A stretch of DNA of 64,000 nt from Candidatus Moraniibacteriota bacterium. GTDB lineage: Bacteria; Patescibacteriota; Minisyncoccia; Moranbacterales; GCA-2747515. Numbering within the stretch: position 1 is the stretch's first letter; the number at the start of each line of letters is the position of its first letter. Below the pieces are notes generated by a model that had not been told where the DNA came from, did no database searches, and saw nothing but the letters and a program-made list of their open reading frames with translations. The stretch is from the NCBI GenBank assembly GCA_046116545.1, contig CP175956.1:961734-1025733 (forward strand), read 5' to 3'. Shown one piece after another: positions 63,301-64,000 of this stretch. Position numbers and translations under genes: made by a program.

Positions 63301-64000
63301 ATTATTCCTATTCCAACATTTCCACCTTTTTGGAATGTCATAACATCAACACCTGTTGTGACATCTCTAATATCTAAATTATCACTAGAAGCAGTACTAA
63401 GAATATTCCATTGTTGTGTAGCATCCTTTATTGCTATTCCATTTGCACCATCACTTGAATCTTCTATCAAAATCACAGATGTTGGTCCATAAAGATGTAA
63501 TCTTTGATCAGGATTATCTATTCCTATACCAACTTTTTTATTAGAAGAATTTACAAAAAAAGCATCCGTATTTACCGTAAAATCATCATTAACAGATAAA
63601 GTCCCAGTCTTAGTTTGAGCTGTAGCAGAAGTATCAATATAGTTATCAGCAGTAAATCCATTAAACCTATGTGAGTTTAAAGCAAAACCTGTAGGAGTTA
63701 TCTTTCTCCTTGGAGTCATTTCTGGATTTGAGTTTATTGTTACTCCTAAGTAATAGTTTGAATCAAAAGATATATCTAATAGGTTATCTCCTGTTTCTCC
63801 TAGAGTTGTACTAAATATTCCATTTGTTATTGTAATTGTTTTTGAAGTTGGAGTTCCACATGATCCTCTACTTGTCCATAGACAATTTCCTCCTGTGTCT
63901 GCATCGTATATTGTTAATGTAAAATCATAATCTCCATCTGATACTGCTACGTTATTAGTATCTGTTAGTTTTCCATGATATGTTAGTTCACTGTCTGGTG
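54339..64000 (-). CDS. Giant multi-domain surface/adhesin-like protein (more than 3,220 aa; 5' end lies outside the window)
   Basis: The reading frame stays open from 54339 to the window edge; the Met at 63719 is only the first in-frame Met inside the window. The protein contains repeated GN(V/I)GIGTxxP tail-fibre-like motifs, two discoidin (F5/8 type C)-like domains, six Kelch-like blades (VAIIGDYVYLFGG), LamG/ConA-like and SPRY-like segments, and a C-terminal coiled region. Confidence 0.8.
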   Translation of the reverse strand, partial: PDSELTYHGKLTDTNNVAVSDGDYDFTLTIYDADTGGNCLWTSRGSCGTPTSKTITITNGIFSTTLGETGDNLLDISFDSNYYLGVTINSNPEMTPRRKITPTGFALNSHRFNGFTADNYIDTSATAQTKTGTLSVNDDFTVNTDAFFVNSSNKKVGIGIDNPDQRLHLYGPTSVILIEDSSDGANGIAIKDATQQWNILSTASSDNLDIRDVTTGVDVMTFQKGGNVGIGIISPSQLLHINGNLRLEGSYYDANNDPGLNGQVLTSTATGTNWVDSSAIGATTLTGLSDTPSGYGNAGQVLMTDGLGDTSWADMSGDISPSFSVHKNNVVQTITDNPAKITWSTETFDSNGDFDLTNERFQPTVPGKYLLTTTVTVNSVDANNRSYVMLYKNGSNILREYTPDMDTARHHTVTISKVVEANGTTDYFEVYASMLNAATSEDVAGAATSTSFSGSRIDGGNGLWTHDAPNINYTAGNVGIGTDSPSQLLSLGGQQHLSTELRSNTSGVDNQVATIYSNSDFTERFYTGVDDDASNAYHIGDANFTTKYLTVLNTGNIGIGTTTPDYKLQVDGDIVPETDDAYNLGTTLLRWKDLYLSSNSLHIGENGNEGIISYDTTNEAFNFDKAAVFGTSTNAVAGMIRWSGTDLEGYDGSTWNSLTSSGGVSTYTGLTDTPASLSANQIQFANSAGNAITQNSNFTYDGNNLAIGGSITLNNDASACDVTKEGAMRYNDTTKVMEFCNGTIWGGLSTGTGGSGVTQTQVTLSQGESTTVSGSAIVSITEEQTETDKIQNINYNSEDNYTQEDLKENITQFQVDLVDTGGGTGPDLATGGAASASTYYDGTFLPSYAFDDNNVSEWISQNGVPTGWLQYDLGSGNEAIIYEYSVRSRDTGADTSSPKDWTFEGSNDANTWTALDTRSAEMGWLDIEKRNYSGFTNDTAYRYYRLNITANNGQSYVSISELEFFADQHNNKGHFEDVSDTAVSIGSGNTADKVRVGSRFKMEDEWFTITDITGDGTANESVHITNDNEIELGIYDVDNIYGTYFDGSNAAHTLGQATSVKYVSDIATGGAATASTTYSTSFLPAYGFDDNNASEWISQSGIRTGWLQYDLGSGNEAIVYEYSVRSRDTDGTTSSPKDWTFEGSNDANTWTALDTRLSEMTWLNNEKRNYSGFTNNTAYRYYRINITANNGQSYVSISELEFYEKTLGNYTGAYVTTITNKDGLDSANWTDINSVSVLENLNSQSIFYAASFNNRHTFKVWTGTAWRDIASKEASVHSGTDGTWYFRDNVDTWSTTGIEDNANSAISKAVESGIMNQMNSTVLEEIHDSEWELSGSFAVDQTTFDLSSTFYSTSDTQNPNLKRIDVNIDATGYAQKNVTNDYTVYQTTGLGDQTLTIVKKSPGTQTVTISSSAAGSSSGTASAAYQPKLVENEWVDTGAVLPGALYNSQTAIIGDYIYLFGGGNGSDTSIVYRAPIADPTNWVDTGSTLPSNLRNSQVAIIGDYVYLFGGYAAAVSVNTIYRAPTADPTNWVDTGSTLPSNLRNSQVAIIGDYVYLFGGVDSLVVNTIYRAPTADPTNWVDTGSTLPGTFSQSQVAIIGDHVYLFGGDSTGTAMNEIYRAPISDPTNWVDTGSTLPGILRLSQLAIIGDYVYLFGGYNGSYTSLIYRAPISDPTNWVNTSSVLPGNLGVSQMAIVGDYVYLFGGYNGSVATNVIYKAPINTVFPTLDENKDWKVKYDTTGTSGSSLWTANGSDAYYDIGNIGIGTTTPDNFTLQVAGHIGPDTDDTYDLGSSTNRFRDLYLGPSSLHIGEDGDEGVISYLTASNTFNFDNKIKTTSSIQLGGDTDACDANKEGAMRYNDSTKVMEFCNGTAWGVFSSGSTPTCPNGGDLTYNDVNSTWECVQEDIIKNALRFNDDDSAYLSRTPSSAGNRKTWTWSGWVKRGNLGTNQFFVETRTGGGDFFVMNFTADDQIRINDSQNTDALMLITSSVYRDSSTWYHIAVQIDTTQATASNRTKLFVDGEQITEFTTSNYPAQDADLMSNSNIAHYLGAGVDLSDDATLPFDGYLSDINFIDGQALTPTSFGEIDATTGKWIAKDYSGTYGTNGFHLNFEDDTNLGADISGNSNTWTTNNLDATDQVIDTPFNNFAVFNPLLNISDETYTEGNLEFASSVAYRSPRGTIGISSGKWYWETTWESNANDIHAGVATDTETGLDTWVGSTPAGYVYAGDSGQKWNNGSGASYGDTFTTNDVIGIAVDMDAKTIEFYKNGSSQGTAFSGLSDTVFPVVSTADKVAINFGQNAQASLTYDSDANGYFKYTPPTGFKALSSANLPSSTIIKPSEHFDVATYTGNGTTQSITGLDFQPDLVWLKQRSNLNSHALVDSVRGVLKGLSSDSTAIENTYNHVTNFLSNGFEVGTSAQANSNAATYVAWAWKAGGAAIANTSGTISSQVSANTDAGFSIISYTGNGIAGATVGHGLNSEPEMLIFKDRDSDVWNWQVYSEPTGNVDSLRLNLTSDAQNFGSWNNTSPTPSVFSLGSVDGINHSGNTHIAYAFHSVPGYSKVGSYTGNGSADGPFVNTGFKPRWIMIKDTNRAESWSIHDTARDPSNVATQELWANSLEVENDGSTRSPQNQLDILSNGFKQRGANPEMNYNGSTYIYIAIAEESFKTTSVETTDAVMTSSGTSLPTCTDGQTLSYNEAGSAWECADSAVELSSSFSVNKNGTNQTVTTNTWTKVTWSNEAFDSNNDFDLVTDKFQPTITGKYSLTGSAYCDDTTSCSVMIKKNDTYWSHGFTRDSDGLTMTSDIIDMNGTTDYVELWVNNGGGTIIGGTIYQTKFSGSLIDSGTSSASSLWTQTGNNIAYTSGNVGIGSSNYGTNADNILTISNSIAPTTSIVNGIQLFAVDQSGSHELRVRDEAGNTTTLSPHNFSTIPGGESEELAWSYYSEKDNKSINVDMTKTVRLIEKLTGQQLIYITDITTGQEVPNLNLIDISNLPTPQKITEIDTQIIDLNDKQLGLSLQTNDASEILNQVQDDIGGINDRHEVLSLQINANTLATETLTEIEDRMDELDGYQSDLASTVSKNSDTVLAINERFLFTIDNNTMSTTRLITTIEGLTVLDDLKVNSIETNTLNINDDITTHDEQGNEINASSIGTATIVAGETEVSIESDGVHEGSRVFVTVRDAVNIVATQVKNIIEGGFIVEIGNILEEDLVVDWFVVN
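58830..59730 (-). repeat. Six tandem ~147-bp near-identical coding repeats (Kelch-like blades) inside the giant gene
   Basis: The DNA block ...aaaaagatatacgtaatcaccaataatggctacttgagaatttcgcagattacttggtaatgttgaacctgtatctacccaatttgttgggtctg... recurs at ~58880, 59030, 59180, 59330, 59480 and 59625. Confidence 0.75.
60370..61420 (-). repeat. Two ~330-bp near-identical copies (60370..60700 and 61090..61420) encoding the duplicated discoidin-like domain
   Basis: Both copies encode ...WTFEGSNDANTWTALDTR...NYSGFTN(D/N)TAYRYYR(L/I)NITANNGQSYVSISELEF(F/Y). The DNA is more than 90% identical by eye (for example tcgtagaattctaattctgaaatacttacataactttgaccattatttgcagtaatattta in both). Confidence 0.7.

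Overview
AT-rich bacterial chromosome segment. About 95% of the genes lie on the minus strand. The compact genes, lysine-rich tails on ribosomal proteins and RNase J, a large type IV pilus locus, a giant surface protein and a sparse metabolism (transketolase, Rpe, RpiB, enolase, PGK) are consistent with a small-genome CPR/Patescibacteria-like organism; that assignment is inference. Content from 5' to 3', minus strand unless noted: ftsX-ftsE; prfB with its programmed +1 frameshift, which the ORF track cannot show; tRNA-Thr and tRNA-His; a two-gene cassette of a LOG-family protein and an ATP-cone/Mrr-type PD-(D/E)xK nuclease; transketolase; gdh; rpe; rpiB; trxB; a glutaredoxin-like gene; tRNA-Arg on the plus strand. 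Then an ~13 kb type IV pilus locus (pilB, pilC, two paralogous three-gene minor-pilin/PilX-like modules, pilMNO), groEL without groES, ychF, a secreted protein with a glycine-rich ALK/LTK-like domain, phosphohexomutase on the plus strand, trpS, RNase J, PGI/PMI, a peptide-binding SBP and secG. Then rpsI-rplM and the alpha operon (infA-rpmJ-rpsM-rpsK-rpsD-rpoA-rplQ), in which RpoA has no C-terminal domain. Then an unknown 642-aa membrane protein, ftsA, a pfkB kinase, eno, pgk, mraY, a D-Ala-D-Ala carboxypeptidase and scpAB. The window ends inside a giant surface-protein gene of more than 3,200 aa, cut by the window edge, built of discoidin, Kelch-like, LamG/SPRY-like and tail-fibre-like repeats with near-identical internal DNA repeats. 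Non-coding items: a GC-rich palindromic element, a twice-repeated ~75-85 bp element with TTCCGGAA palindromes in two promoter regions, an (AATTCTT)n microsatellite and several intrinsic terminators. No CRISPR, rRNA or transposase genes were seen.
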